A stretch of 55,116 bases of DNA, counting the filler, from Bipalium vagum (lineage: Eukaryota): the NCBI GenBank assembly GCA_037834085.1. It is 3 parts of 3 records of this genome, joined end to end, with 100 filler letters (N's around TTAATTAATTAA, not from the genome) between each part and the next. Parts side by side here need not be neighbours in the genome. Positions count along the whole stretch, not along the records: positions 1 to 20,224 come from JBBMKC010257478.1; positions 20,325 to 36,634 come from JBBMKC010116700.1; 1 more part is not named here. One strand, given 5' to 3'. Under the pieces are notes generated by a model. That model had not been told where the DNA came from, did not search any database, and was given only the letters and a program-made list of their open reading frames with translations. How positions within the stretch are numbered: the first letter of the stretch is position 1; each line of letters starts with the position of its first letter. Position numbers and translations under genes: made by a program. This document shows positions 15,301 through 27,200 of the stretch, piece after piece.

Positions 15301-18300
15301 GATAAATAATAAACGAATGACAAAATTTTGATAATTTTTCACATTTTATATTGAAAAAATAAAAAATTAGTTAGACCTTTTTCAACATATTGATTATTTC
15401 TTTAATAAATAATGTTATACTCCAGAAATTTTCATTTTAAAAATCTATCACGTCTTTTCTGACGATAATGTCAAATACATACTGGATAGAAGGGTTTCTT
15501 GGTAATATTATTAAAAATGTCAGGTGATAATGTGCTGTTACGATAGTTAACAGCTGAAAATTAGAGTTTTTACAGGTTTGTGTAAATATATTCTTTGTTA
15601 TCTTTAACGGGGTAATCGGTTATATTGGCTCCATAAAAATGGTGTTCACAAACAATTTTATTATTCAAGAATTAGAAAATAATCCAAACATTTCACATTT
15701 ACTTTGAAGCTGACACAGTTGCAAAGAATGTTTATTCAAAAATATTTCTTTCCATTCCGTTTAACAATTTTTATTATTTTACACAGTGAAGAGCGTCATG
15801 CTATCTAAAGTCTGATATCAAATTAACAAAATATTGGTTTCAGGAGAAACGTTGTGTACCTAGCTGAAAATCAGTGAACAAATTATTCTATATCGATTAT
15901 TGTTTCAGAAGTCCAGTTCACTTAACTCGTTTAAATTTTAAGACTTCATTAAACAAATTGCGTAAATAAATATGGAAAAAATGTCAATAATTTGGAAATA
16001 TGAACGAAATATCATATCGAAAACAATTTATCCTATAATGAAAACCGACACCAGAAATTAATTTAAAATGCTGAACTTTAGAGCACTGTGATTTTAAAGA
16101 TTATAAAAAAATTAATTAATTAGAGATGAATCAATATTTCATTCTTAAAAATATTATTTATCTTAATATAATAATAATAATAATATAATATAATATTAAT
16201 TTTATTTTAGATTATTATTACAGATTAAAGGAAATGCAACTTAGCAACGCGAGTCATCTTCTGTCCGGAATAAATGACAAATGGAGGATTTTTAAGTTGA
16301 TTATCAATTTTTCATTGCAAAAACTATTTTGTCTCATACAAATTCATTTCTAACCCTAAATAAATTCATTGTTCTTCGAAACAATAGTCATACTACGAAT
16401 ATTGTGGTTTATAAATCATATACTCTTTCCTATAGAGACGGTTACTGAAACTGTAGGTCTGAGTTTTCATCAGTAAATGTATCATTAGAAATCTTTCAAT
16501 AGAACATCATCATCATCAATCTTTTCTTGATGCACTGGGCATGGAAAAATTGTTGAACATATTTCACTACAGGCTCGTTGTTTGTGTTATTATCGATTGA
16601 GTTTGGGAGAAGTGATGTATGAAAAACTGTCTTTTACAGTCGGTTATAGATCTGTATTCTAAAACTTTTCAATAATAGAAAATGTTAACATGCTTCAAGG
16701 TCTTCCCTTTGGTTTTGAGATACTTATTTTCTTCAATGGTATCATGAATGTTATAGCCTTATCTTAAGTACCAGGTATTGTCTCCAGAAAATATGACTTT
16801 TCTAAATACTTTTCTGTTTTATTAAAGGAAAAACCTACACTATTATTTATAATAATAAATAATTTTCTTGAACTGTTTCTTGGCAATAACTACTGGAAAC
16901 TGTTAAAAGCCATTCTATGTAATATCAAGAATAGTTACTAGTTATTTTTGTTTCTTGCTAAATTTTTAGTGTGACATTGATTGAGTTCTGACAGTATCTC
17001 ATCTTTTTATTGACTTTAAAGACGTAGTCTTTCCTTAGCAATTATCAGTCTTAAAACATACAAATCAATCTTTGTTCTGGTCAACACTAATTGATAGGTC
17101 ATGAAGTTGAAGCTTGACTTGTAGACGACAATTAATATTGGATGTTACTCTTTTGAACAGTATCATTTTCTCGATGCCAGTCATATATTTTCTTATAACA
17201 GCAGTCGATTTTTACTTCTGGTGTAAACAGTAGCTTGGTCAATTCCTCTTTCGTCTAATTGACAATCAAATCAAATGGTGTTTGATCTACGTTACATTTT
17301 TTTGTTTTGTGTTCTCAATTGTTTGGTGATAAGATTTAAAATATTGTCATTTCGAATTTTCATTTATTAATGGCTGCTCTCAGTTGCTTCAATAAAGGTG
17401 TGTCTATCCAAATCTTAAGGTCAACCTCACTGTGGTTCTTTATACTATTTTGAGTATTAAACTTCCATTACTTTTCACAAATTGATTTTGAAATACACAA
17501 CAGAAAATGCTTATTCATAATAGAACAATTCATAAAAATTGCTCAAATGAAATACACATGACACAACGCCCTTAACTGAACTGCTGGTCAAAGGATTATG
17601 GCAATAATTTCAACCTGTGACAAATAGGAGTCATTTTTCTGGAAAGGAATTTGAACATTTCTGAAAATAATGGGTAGTTCTCTCCTAGGTGTTTTATATT
17701 ACGTACTTATACTTCATTAGTTAGCTGTTTAACATTGATTTAAAACGTTTACGTTTAATACATGGTGTGTATAAGCAAGTACCCAATTGTAAAATGTAAC
17801 ACCGTAAAATATACTCCAATGAAGACTGCGAATTTTTGACAGTAATATTTTTCTACAGAATAAGAAAAGCGACTAGAAAAGACATTCATAACATTTTGAC
17901 ACTTTCTAGTGATATTTTGGCTGTATCCATTTGAACAATGTCTTTCAGGTATTGAATATCTTTTGTTTGTTGACATCCATTTAAAGAAAAGGTCACTTCA
18001 TCAATAGAAATCAGATTTTGAAAAAAAGATTGATTATTGTCGATCTCATTAATTAGGATTTTGCACATTGCAATTCTTTCAGCAAATCTTCGTCATGTAA
18101 CATGGATAATTTTGATCTTATACGGATAAAGTTGAAGATCTTTTCGTACTTCATTGTGTACAGCTTTAAAATGTCATATATCTTCTTTAGCAGCAATTCT
18201 TCATAAAGCTGACTATTTCGCATATTTTTTTATCTTCAACTGAAGATCTTCCTGATTTCCAAAGATCAAAAAAATACCCAATCAGATTGAATTTTGAAAA

Positions 18301-19192
18301 TATCTTCTTCATTGTTCTCGCTGTAGGTATCTTTTATCATTTCAAGTGTTCTAAATACCGCCTGATTGTGACTGATTCCATCTTACCTATCACTAAAACA
18401 ATTGCACTCTTTCCTCAATGGAGAACATTATTAAAATTTGAATTTACTGCAATTAAATTAGATAACATCGACCTTTTAAAACGATAAAACACTTGCATTA
18501 AATTGGGGAATTCTGTTTCTTAGAAAAATGTACGTTGGATATATTTAATTATGATATAGTTATCTGATACATACTTTAAGTACACCCTTTGCTACATTAT
18601 CGTTTTGAGAACATCGATTTTTTCCGAATAATCTTTGAGAATCTTTTTAAAAGAATTTTTCGAAACTTAAAACCACATTACCTATATTTATAGTTGCAAT
18701 TCTGAACTGTATTTTTTTAAATGTTCCATATTTACTGAAAGACCATTGGATAAAAATTCCAAAATATTCGAAAAACAAAGAAGTTACAAAATACGTTAAT
18801 AAGTGAAACGAAATTTACCCGGTAACAAAACCTTTGGCCCCAACAGAGAGAATGGTGTATTTGACCGACGGAGGAAATTGCGGAAAAATTTATGCAATCA
18901 TAAGTGTCACTTTCTGTCAGTCGAAAACTGATGATTTTTTCCTTGCGATTTACGAATTGATTGGCAGCAAAAACGATATTGTACTGATCATTGATAAATT
19001 TTTTGGAAATTAGTGAAATGTCTACCAACTGATCCGAAGATAATGAGAGATTCCTGGTGAGTAAATAACAAGCTCAAATAACAGTAATTTTGAAAAAAAC
19101 GAAAAACAATAAAATAAAACAAAGAAGGTTATCAAAAGTCCTTACGGATATTGCGAAATATTCCTGTTCAGCTGGACACAGCACAAGCTCAT
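394..19192 (-). CDS. Ras GTPase-activating protein, SynGAP/DAB2IP/RASAL2(nGAP)/raskol family (partial PH - C2 - RasGAP), >=699 aa, 3' end uncertain
   Basis: Phase-consistent GT-AG model, exons 5'->3': 19192-19146, 19053-18819, 13036-12951, 11140-11039, 10993-10895, 10845-10760, 10703-10278, 8851-8775, 8718-8522, 7231-7036, 3825-3568, 726-634, 588-394. PH motifs: IHHSLCWGQRFCYR and FFCASQAERD. C2 motifs: YYCEIFLDDLIYART, FWGEEFEL, VNIP...TEKWY. GAP motifs: arginine finger LILRGNTMASK, FFLRLVCPAIMTPYLF, RSLTLVAKCVQNIANF. The first exon and the last two exons are less certain. Confidence 0.9.
1190..1530 (+). mobile_element. Highly decayed Tc1/DD37D-like transposase fragment
   Basis: Residual HENP..HE, YFQKND.P and INREG..NSDPT..FF-like segments echo W.ENP/FQQDGAP/WIGR.G/RSPDLTPLDFF, with many stops and frameshifts. 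Confidence 0.4.
2179..3390 (+). mobile_element. Near full-length degenerate mariner (DD34D) element
   Basis: Motifs MEQRTAIKF, ESAGRP, VTGDE, FFDCKVIIHKEYVPSGQTITGEYF and HQPYSPDLALCDFFLFPKIK. Degenerate TIRs (tgtgtcaa..aagt....agactg) at about 2181-2210 and 3360-3388. Stops and frameshifts present. Confidence 0.93.
3968..5125 (-). mobile_element. Degenerate mariner element
   Basis: The minus strand reads HQDNTKQH...LEVEILPHPAYSSDAASSDYGLI*SMQHFLRG (4320-4170), and also FLRRIVTYEK and GILHYELVP. Ends approximate. Confidence 0.88.
5930..6781 (+). mobile_element. Internally deleted Tc1-like (DD37D/DUF4817-type) non-autonomous element, copy A
   Basis: TA-flanked TIRs (cacggtgt...agtactcgatttt versus the reverse complement of aaaatcgaatact...acacactctg). 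Motifs FSIEERV, KSGR, IDEVTFSLN.YVNKQ, and C-terminal ISLEMCQNV...RLHK..VKGH. Homologous to 17761-18588. Confidence 0.85.
7501..8210 (+). mobile_element. Mariner 5' half remnant
   Basis: Motifs RWYQKFRNG, GRPS and VPHEL...FLHRVITCNEKWLLYKN; TIR-like attaagtcgttcaaaaagtt at 7501. Confidence 0.88.
9100..9400 (+). mobile_element. Mariner 3' fragment (irritans-like)
   Basis: NFYLLETLKQFFSG*NLSFNEEVTVINDYF resembles the DF.LF..LK..L.G..F.SNEEV..VN.YF tail; similar to 40449-40640. Confidence 0.5.
13599..14653 (+). mobile_element. Degenerate mariner element (Hsmar1/cecropia-like)
   Basis: Motifs KWVP*DLN, SFLDQIVTTNE and KLHQKKLMVTV*WSASSLIHYNFLNP. TIRs taggtcataagtatgaatgtcggtttt and aaaatcgaaatttatttttaaataaccta. 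3' internal deletion. Confidence 0.9.
14920..15300 (+). mobile_element. Mariner N-terminal fragment
   Basis: MEYRSVI.F.FLK, LQGVYGEKAPSQTAILNWMREF and PESGRP form a mariner helix-turn-helix region. Confidence 0.7.
16480..17460 (-). mobile_element. Possible highly decayed non-LTR retrotransposon (reverse transcriptase) fragment
   Basis: The minus strand has IPLKK...KGRP...LKSFRIQIYNRL (about 16745-16635), resembling the LINE RT motif IP.K...RPISLL..K..E..IYNRL. A-rich on that strand, with many stops. Confidence 0.3.
17761..18588 (-). mobile_element. Internally deleted Tc1-like element, copy B (inverted relative to 5930-6781)
   Basis: The reverse complement aligns by eye along copy A. Motifs MFSIEERV, WKSGRS, LQLYPYKIKI and FQNLISIDEVTFSLNG, then the same junction into KDIQYLK. 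Confidence 0.88.
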
Positions 19193-20152
19193 TGTTTCAG
19201 AAATGTTGAGAAATCAATGCACATTTGTAATTAAGCAAAAAATGATTACACATTTCTGATTGTGTCGTCATTCATGGCCAAACTGATCAATAAGACAACG
19301 TAAGTCGCGTTTGCATGTGTAGGTGTGTAGAAAGATTGATGTGTGTACGTGTTCCTTGCATGTTCTCGTGCATGTGTATGTGTGTATGTGTGACAAATAT
19401 GTGGAGTTGTCTGTGAATTGGGAATTCTTTTCTTGTCTACGATTTCATTGTTTGTTATTAATGAGATATTTTACGGTGAAATTCGTTGAAAATTGAAAAA
19501 TCAAATTTTAATCCAATATTTCATATTGATTTGTAGAAAAATAAAAGATTACATTTACATCCGTTTTTTCCGATTTTCTTTATTAAGTCACTGGAATTAT
19601 AATTTAATTATGATTTTTGAATTTCGAAAGGAACTTGAAGACAGAGCTGACCATTAATATGCCGAGTGTTTCGTATGTATATCTCATGTCAGATTTCATT
19701 ATAGGAAATAAATTAAGTGAGTAAATTTCACGTTGGAAAAATTCCTCGGAAATAATAATAATAATAATAATCTCAATTTAATTTCAGTCTATTTCATTCT
19801 GGAAAACTGTAGAAACCACTGTCAATTTTCCATTTTACCACAACCAATTAAGAATTATTTTCTGTAAATGTTTTTGAAAAAATAATTTATTGCAGAACTC
19901 ACTCTAAATGAATGATGTACCAGATGGATTATCTTCCTTTAAAATACATTTGTTGTGTTTGAATAGGAGTCTTGAGAATAAAAGATTTGTTTCAATAAGC
20001 ATAAAACAATTGATTTTTACAGAAATATATGGCAAATATAATGAGACCATTTTGTTAAAATATTATCTCTATAAAGATATCTATTGGTTTTGATGTTGAA
20101 ACAATAGAGTTGGTACCAATAATTAGTTCTATTCTATTATGTTCGTTTCACT

Positions 20153-20154
<2 letters not shown>

Positions 20155-20224
<70 letters not shown>
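20155..20224. repeat. (AAT)n microsatellite at contig end
   Basis: Perfect run directly before the N spacer. Confidence 0.98.
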
Positions 20225-20324
20225 NNNNNNNNNNNNNNNNNNNNNNNNNNNNNNNNNNNNNNNNNNNNTTAATTAATTAANNNNNNNNNNNNNNNNNNNN
20301 NNNNNNNNNNNNNNNNNNNNNNNN
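20225..20324. other. Assembly spacer N44-TTAATTAATTAA-N44
   Basis: Exactly 100 nt; the 12-mer gives stops in all six frames; identical to the second spacer. Confidence 0.97.
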
Positions 20325-21478
20325 GAATGGAACCAGATAAAACTTTGGCATCAAAAGTAGTTGAAGGAAGGAAAAAAGATAAGACTAGAATTACAATTGG
20401 TCTGTGCTGTAATGCTACAGGAACTGAAAAGATGGAACCACTTATTATTGGTAAATATTCTAGTCCCAGATGCTTTAAAAATATAAATCTGGTAAATATT
20501 GGAATAATTTATAAGTGTAATAGCAATGCGTGGATGACGCGACTGATATTTCAAGAATGGCTATTTTACTTGAACAATTATATCAAATTGAAAGATTCCA
20601 CACGCAAAGTTCTACTCTTGATTGACAATGTAACAAGCCATTATCATATGGACTATACATTGAGCAATATAAAGATTCAATATTTAATTCCCAATACAAC
20701 CTCGAAGCTCCAGCCTCTGGATGCAGTCATTATTGCTGCTTTAAAGTAATGTATAGATACTTTTTTAATAAAGAACTGGTGAGAAAAATTGATGAAAACG
20801 ATAATATTAATGGACGAGGAAAAATCGATTTAATTACAGCTGTTAGATTTATTACAAAATCATGGGAAAAAATCAGTTCTGAAACAATTAAGAATTGTTG
20901 GAATCACACAAAAATTATAAAAATTGAAAATATCAACAAATGTGTTCAAATACCTTGTGAATATGAAAATGATTCGATGATCTCGTCTTTAAAAATTGAT
21001 AGCCCGATGTCTTTTGTAAAGTATATGATGGTTGACAATGATGATTTCAACGAGAAAATTTTGGATGAAACAAATGATAATACAGTAAGCAATAATGATG
21101 ATACTGAGGATTCAATAAAAGAATCAAGAACATCATCAAAAACGGCCTTTGAATGTTGCAATCTGTTGGTCCAATATTTTGAACAACATCCTGTACATTG
21201 TACACAAATGATTAGATCATTAAGAACCAACAAATCTTTCATTTAAAATAAGAAACAAAAAGGTTTGAGGCAAATGTCCATAATGGATTTTATTATTTAA
21301 TTAATTTGTGTCATATATTTTGTTTATTTGTATATTCTATATTTTGTATTTTTCTATATTGTTTTTGAGTAATAAGTTACGTAATTTTGACTTTTCCATT
21401 TTACACCCTATAAATTCACGTTCCACAAATAGTTAAATTTCGCGGGACGGAAAATGTGAAATTATACAGTGTTGACTG
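20325..21478 (+). mobile_element. Tigger/pogo DNA transposon, 3' part (DDE_1 transposase with one frameshift)
   Basis: Motifs GRKKDKTRITIGLCCNATGTEK, IGKYSSPRCFK, NSNAWMT, LLLIDN..SH, PNTTSKLQPLD and ISSETIKNCW. Right TIR gtgaaattatacagtgttgactg followed by TA at 21479-21480. The 5' part is lost at the gap. Confidence 0.95.
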
Positions 21479-24266
21479 TATTCTTACTTTTACAATGTAA
21501 ATAAGCTTTGAAAATCTGGCTTTTATTTGAAATTAAACTTTGAATCGTATTAGTGCAGGCTTAGTTATGACTATTAGTCTTTTAATTTACTTTTGTGGAG
21601 GTTTGAATTGTCTCCATCTGTAGGTTTACTGTCTAGTCTGAACTTGTCTGATCTAGGTTGTATATTTTTTTTGTTTCTGTCTTTCTTGTAATTTTTGTTT
21701 CCTTTTATACTATCCTTTTTACCCTCTTTTCTGTAATTAGTAACTCTCATTTCATTAATATAATTCTGCTATCCTTTTTTTATTTTTATCATTTTCTTAT
21801 AAAAATTCTTACCTAATTTCTATTATTAGTAAGTTAATGTTACATTAATATAAATTTTCTTTAAAATATAAATAAATAAATATAATCATAATTAATACTA
21901 ATGTTAATGATGTTATTTCGCAAAATATTATTACATTATACATTATATTATTTATAATGGTATTTCTTTTTCTTCTAATTCCTTATTTATTATCACTTAA
22001 TTATTGTTTTGTTATTTATTATTTTATACAAATCAGTCAAAGCGATTTTACAATATATATTTTAAACTTGGAATTATATTATACACAACACCAAATACTG
22101 ATCAAAATTAAAAAGATAATGTCAAAGATCATATAAGAAAGGAGAATATCAGTGTTAAGGATCAGTTTTTGTATTGCTCCGGATCGATCATTTGAATTGG
22201 CACTGGTTGCTCTTGATTTGGTTGTAGTCTCCATACATTCATAAATAGAACATAATTATTTACTCTATCACTATGATTTATTGCTGTATGTATATAAGCA
22301 ATTACAGAATAAACAAAACATTAATTATCATTATTTTTTATAAATTATGATTTGAATTGTAATTTTATATATGATGATCCAACTAAACATTGATATTTAA
22401 ATAAATTTAATCTAATTGATATTATTTTATCTAATTTCCAATTTTCGTTCTATAAACTTATTTAATTTTTCTAAAGTTGATAAGTGTATTTATTTTTTCT
22501 GGTTGTGAAAAAATTGATTTATTAATATTTCATTTGTTTCTAAAGAAATTTTGAACGGCAAATTGTGTGGATATTCAATATTTGGTATTTAATATTGATT
22601 TAATTGGAAAATTTCAAACCCAAATTGGTGGTCACAATTGGCAATTTTCCCACTACTCAATGAAAATGAATAGACGAAAAATCACAGTACCTTTAATATT
22701 GAGTAGATTAATATATTAACTTTCTTTGTAAATCTAGAGATACTTATTTCTTGAAAGGCTATTATGGAAATGAAGCTTAGATGTCAATCAATGTCTGCAT
22801 TCATTTGGATGCGCTATATACCCATATATCTTACAATCCTTAGTGATTAATCAAATCTTGTAAGTAGAGATAAGCTGATTACATCATACAACAGTAATTA
22901 TTTATAGAAGTGAATTTAAATTACTTTTTAAATTAAGCATTGCAGTAAAAATATTATCACGAATATCTTTGGTTAAATTTTAGTTTTATTTTTATTCATA
23001 AAAATATGTATATATTATATGCATCCCTTGTCTAAAAAATAACCATTTTGTCAAGCATTTTCAATCATTCTATAAAATTAATGACGAAATACTTAAATAT
23101 ATTGTTGAGAATACGAATTATAAATAAGAGAAATGAAATCTATATAAAAATAAAATCATTAAAATGAGATGACATTGAATTTTTCATTTTAATAATATCA
23201 ATAAATCTATATTTAGGACTTAAATAGTACTATTTAATGAAGATTACGTTAATAAATCAGTGATAAATAATTAGCACTCTAAATAAATACACTCAACACT
23301 GGTTTTCTATGAATTTTCTTTCATCCAGAAAATATTGCAAAGGAAATCAACCAGTTTAAGAAAAGGAAGAAATCATCATGACCTACGCTAGAAAACTACT
23401 GGAACATTAAAATTCACTTTTCTACTAGACACTTCAGATAAGTTCAAGTTCATAAAAGAGTAAATCAATCAAAAAATAATTACACTGCTCAAATCATCAT
23501 TTAAAAATTCGTTAGCGTACAAATATTTTTAATAATTTTAACGTAAGCACTTTTCAAAGAACTTAAATATGATAAACCCTGTGATTGAAGAAATTCCACT
23601 CAAACTTATATTGAATAAAATTAAGGTTAATATCATATTTTATTTAATAAATGTAAACATCAAAAATCGATTCCAATCGTCTACATAGATAGTCACATAC
23701 AAAAATACAACAATATGAAAAATTATAATCTCCAACTAGAATATACTACACATTTTTTGCCTATCTAAACTGTTTTTCATAAAGAATAGTTGCAATATAA
23801 CTAATTTAAGAATTATAAATCTATAAATATATATATATATATATCGAATTTGTACTGTCACAATAAATTGTGCTTCATTGGTTTTTCATCCGTTAAAGTA
23901 CCCAACAAGAATATTTGAAAAAAGAAAATCACAAAAACTAACAACATTAATTAAAAATGGACGCCAAAGGAAAACAAATAATAATATAAAACTAAACCCT
24001 CTCATCATTATCATCATTTTTATGTTGCGAATAAAACCCGATAGATATATATTAACGATTAATAATAATATCAAGAGAATTAATAAAAAGAGTTATCGAT
24101 TTTTTTTAAAATCACGAAATATTTATTGTCAACATTTACTGCAATCATCTACAATTAAATAAGATCCACGTAGCATACAAGATAACATCTATATCGACCA
24201 ATAAACGACAATAAAAAAGTGAATTGACATCGTTACCTCCGAGAGATGAAAATTGGAATAATAAAT

Positions 24267-27200
24267 TTAATCCATTTGAACTGTACCCCTGACGACATTG
24301 TCCCGCAATTGCTGAAATTTTTAATGATTTTTTATTCAGTAATTAATAAACTGAAAACGTTGTACTAACACAAATAAAAAGTAAAAATATTTATAACAAT
24401 ATTACTTCTAATAACATGTCTATAATTTGGTGACAATCTTGAAATTGATTTTTTTATCATGTAGGAATAATTTATAATTTTTATAATTATTTTATAGCAC
24501 TAATTAGCTTACCTGATTTTTTATAATCGATTGAAAACAGTATTTGTCATTTAGCGATAATTTATTTTTTATAATTAAAATTATGAAAATATTTTAATTG
24601 AGTATGTAATTAAATTATATTAGTAACATTTTACTTTTGAAACAATTATTCCTTGAGAAGTGATAATAATTCATTAATTTATCGATAATACTTATTATCA
24701 ATGTTTTTAAAATAAGATTAATATCTGTTTTAATGTTTTCATTTATTGATAATTTAAAATATTCAATTAATAATTTTTATTTCATAATTTAATTTATCAA
24801 TATATTCTTAACTAAATTATAAGCGGTATCCTTATTAAAATATAAACATTAATTTATGCTAACTTTATATATTTATAAAATATTAATCTTATTTTAAAGA
24901 CATTGATATAAGTATTATCGATAAATTATATTCATTGATTTATAATTAAAAATTTCAATCATTGATAGTTAATTAATTTTTCATTTATTTATTAATAATA
25001 AAACATTAAAAATTTAATATTTCTTATTGATTAATAGTTATTAATTTTAGTTACATTTGAAATATTAATAAGTCGATGATTTATAATTTAAATCAGTTAG
25101 TGATTTTTGTTTTAATTGATAAGCTGAAATTTGAAATGTTACTGTAACAATAGTTGAATTATTATTATTATGAAAAAAAAACCATTACAATGAATAAAAA
25201 TGTCACTCTACTCAGTTATTGTGTTTTTCAATTAATTTCATGTTTCATAAATCAATATCGAAAAAAAAGGATTTATATTAAAAATGAACGTTTAAAAAAT
25301 TGACCAATTAAATATTACTTCATCTAGTTCCTTCTTCGCTCTGTCTTCGATAGCTCGGATATCTTCCATTGTCAACCCAAACCATTTATCCATCCAACAA
25401 AATACCATTCGATGAAAGTTTGTGAAAATTCGTTTCTCTTGCTAAAACACCATGATCATTAAAATCTATCTTTATTTTTTAAAAAAGCAATATATACTTT
25501 CATAATAGTTTTCTCGATTTGACTCTGTAATCCAAACCATTTGAAGTCACAATAAACCAATTTGTAAGCACACATTATAGGAGAAGTATGATCCTGAAAA
25601 GAAATTTTTTTCAATAATAAACTTTTTGAGAAAACAAATTAGTTGGATCAATAATAAAAATGTATAACTAAATATTTTTCTCTCTTCATTCCAATTATTT
25701 TTAACTTTTGTCAAACAAAATTACATTCGCTATTTAGGTCTAACATTGATTTTCAATAATTTTACGATTGAGGATTATTTCCCACGCTTTTAGAAAAATT
25801 GCTATTAATTTTTGAAAAAAAAACGTCACAGTTTTGTTTTGGAAATCTAATCAATTGGAACAAATAAATTAACGTGACAGCCTCAACAGAAGTGTGTAAT
25901 TTGTAATTCTACCCAATAAATCTGGACCAAATTTATAACGACCAGATAATTACTTCTACAACCAATTCAACGATATAATAACAGGCCTGCTAAAAATAGT
26001 CCGTTGTTGATAAGGAGATCAAGCCAACAAAAACTTAAGTGCAAAACGAAATAAATTTATTTATCTGAATTTTGTCATCAATTTCATTATTTCAATTTTT
26101 TTATATTTATCGATTAATTATTTATTAAATGATAATTTGTGTAACACTGTGAAGTTCTGATTTTCTTTCAGTCAATAATTGTTGAAAGAAATACACAATT
26201 TATAAAAGATCTCATTATCGTTCATGAATTAGTTTAAAAACAAAATGTAAAATCAATAATTTTTAAAAAACTATTTTTTAAAAAACAGAAATCTATAAAT
26301 GTTCAATATAAAATTAACAATGACAAGAGATTTTAAAAGCTTGATTACTGAAGTTTATGAAGATTGATGATCGATAATAAATTCCAAAACTGATTTGACA
26401 GCTACATTTCTCATAACAAATGTCTTTCAAGTGATCTAAATCCATCAATAAATGTAAACAAAATCTACCACAATAAAAAATTATTACTTTTAGTGATCAA
26501 AAAGGATTTCTATTTGCTATTTTAGAACAGTTATTATTAATTTTTTGTTACTATAAACTCATAATATGACCTTTATTGATAATGTAATTAGATTAATAAA
26601 TAATTGTCAGCAATTTCTAATCCTTTTTGTTTTAATGTTTCTAAGAATAGTAATTATTGATAACCATTTCTGTCACTCTCTTTCAAACAAGTACGCCCAC
26701 AATCAATCGTTGATGTCGATGATTAGATGTACAACACGAGAGCATGGAATTAATAGTATACCAATAACTGCCTGCAGCTTTAACCAGTTTCAATATTTTT
26801 AGTGTTTTAAGATTATTCCTTTGAATTTTGATCGATTTTCTCATTACCAAAATTCATAAAATACACTTATTTACATCATTAAATCAACACTTCAATAGCA
26901 AAACTATCAATATAATCCCGCAACCGAATTTCACAATGAACATTACACGAGCAATATATCGAAAGTGTGAATTTTAAGTGTAAATCAATATTTTAAGCTA
27001 AACCAGATTAAGTTCACTTAATAAATCAATAAGATTTATTAAAAAGAGAATATTCAGCACATCTCAAGTACTCATAATTCTTCACCTTGTGTTACAGCTT
27101 TTCAAAATTAATAGTTGATAAGTGAAACGTGTCATATGATTCGAATCGATTGTGCCTTTCATCAATGATTATTTTTCGTTTCAAAAAAATTTCTCAAAAC

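Noticed and set aside
20269-20280. TTAATTAATTAA palindrome between N runs (also 36679-36690)
   Set aside because: Artificial scaffolding linker, not biological.
20747-20751. TAATG stop-start overlap suggesting translational coupling or programmed frameshift
   Set aside because: The second copy shows it results from a 1-nt deletion in a single transposase ORF.
23878-24162. 94-aa plus ORF and antisense 62-aa ORF
   Set aside because: Low-complexity K/N/I composition expected from AT-rich DNA; lies in the probable PITP 3'UTR region.
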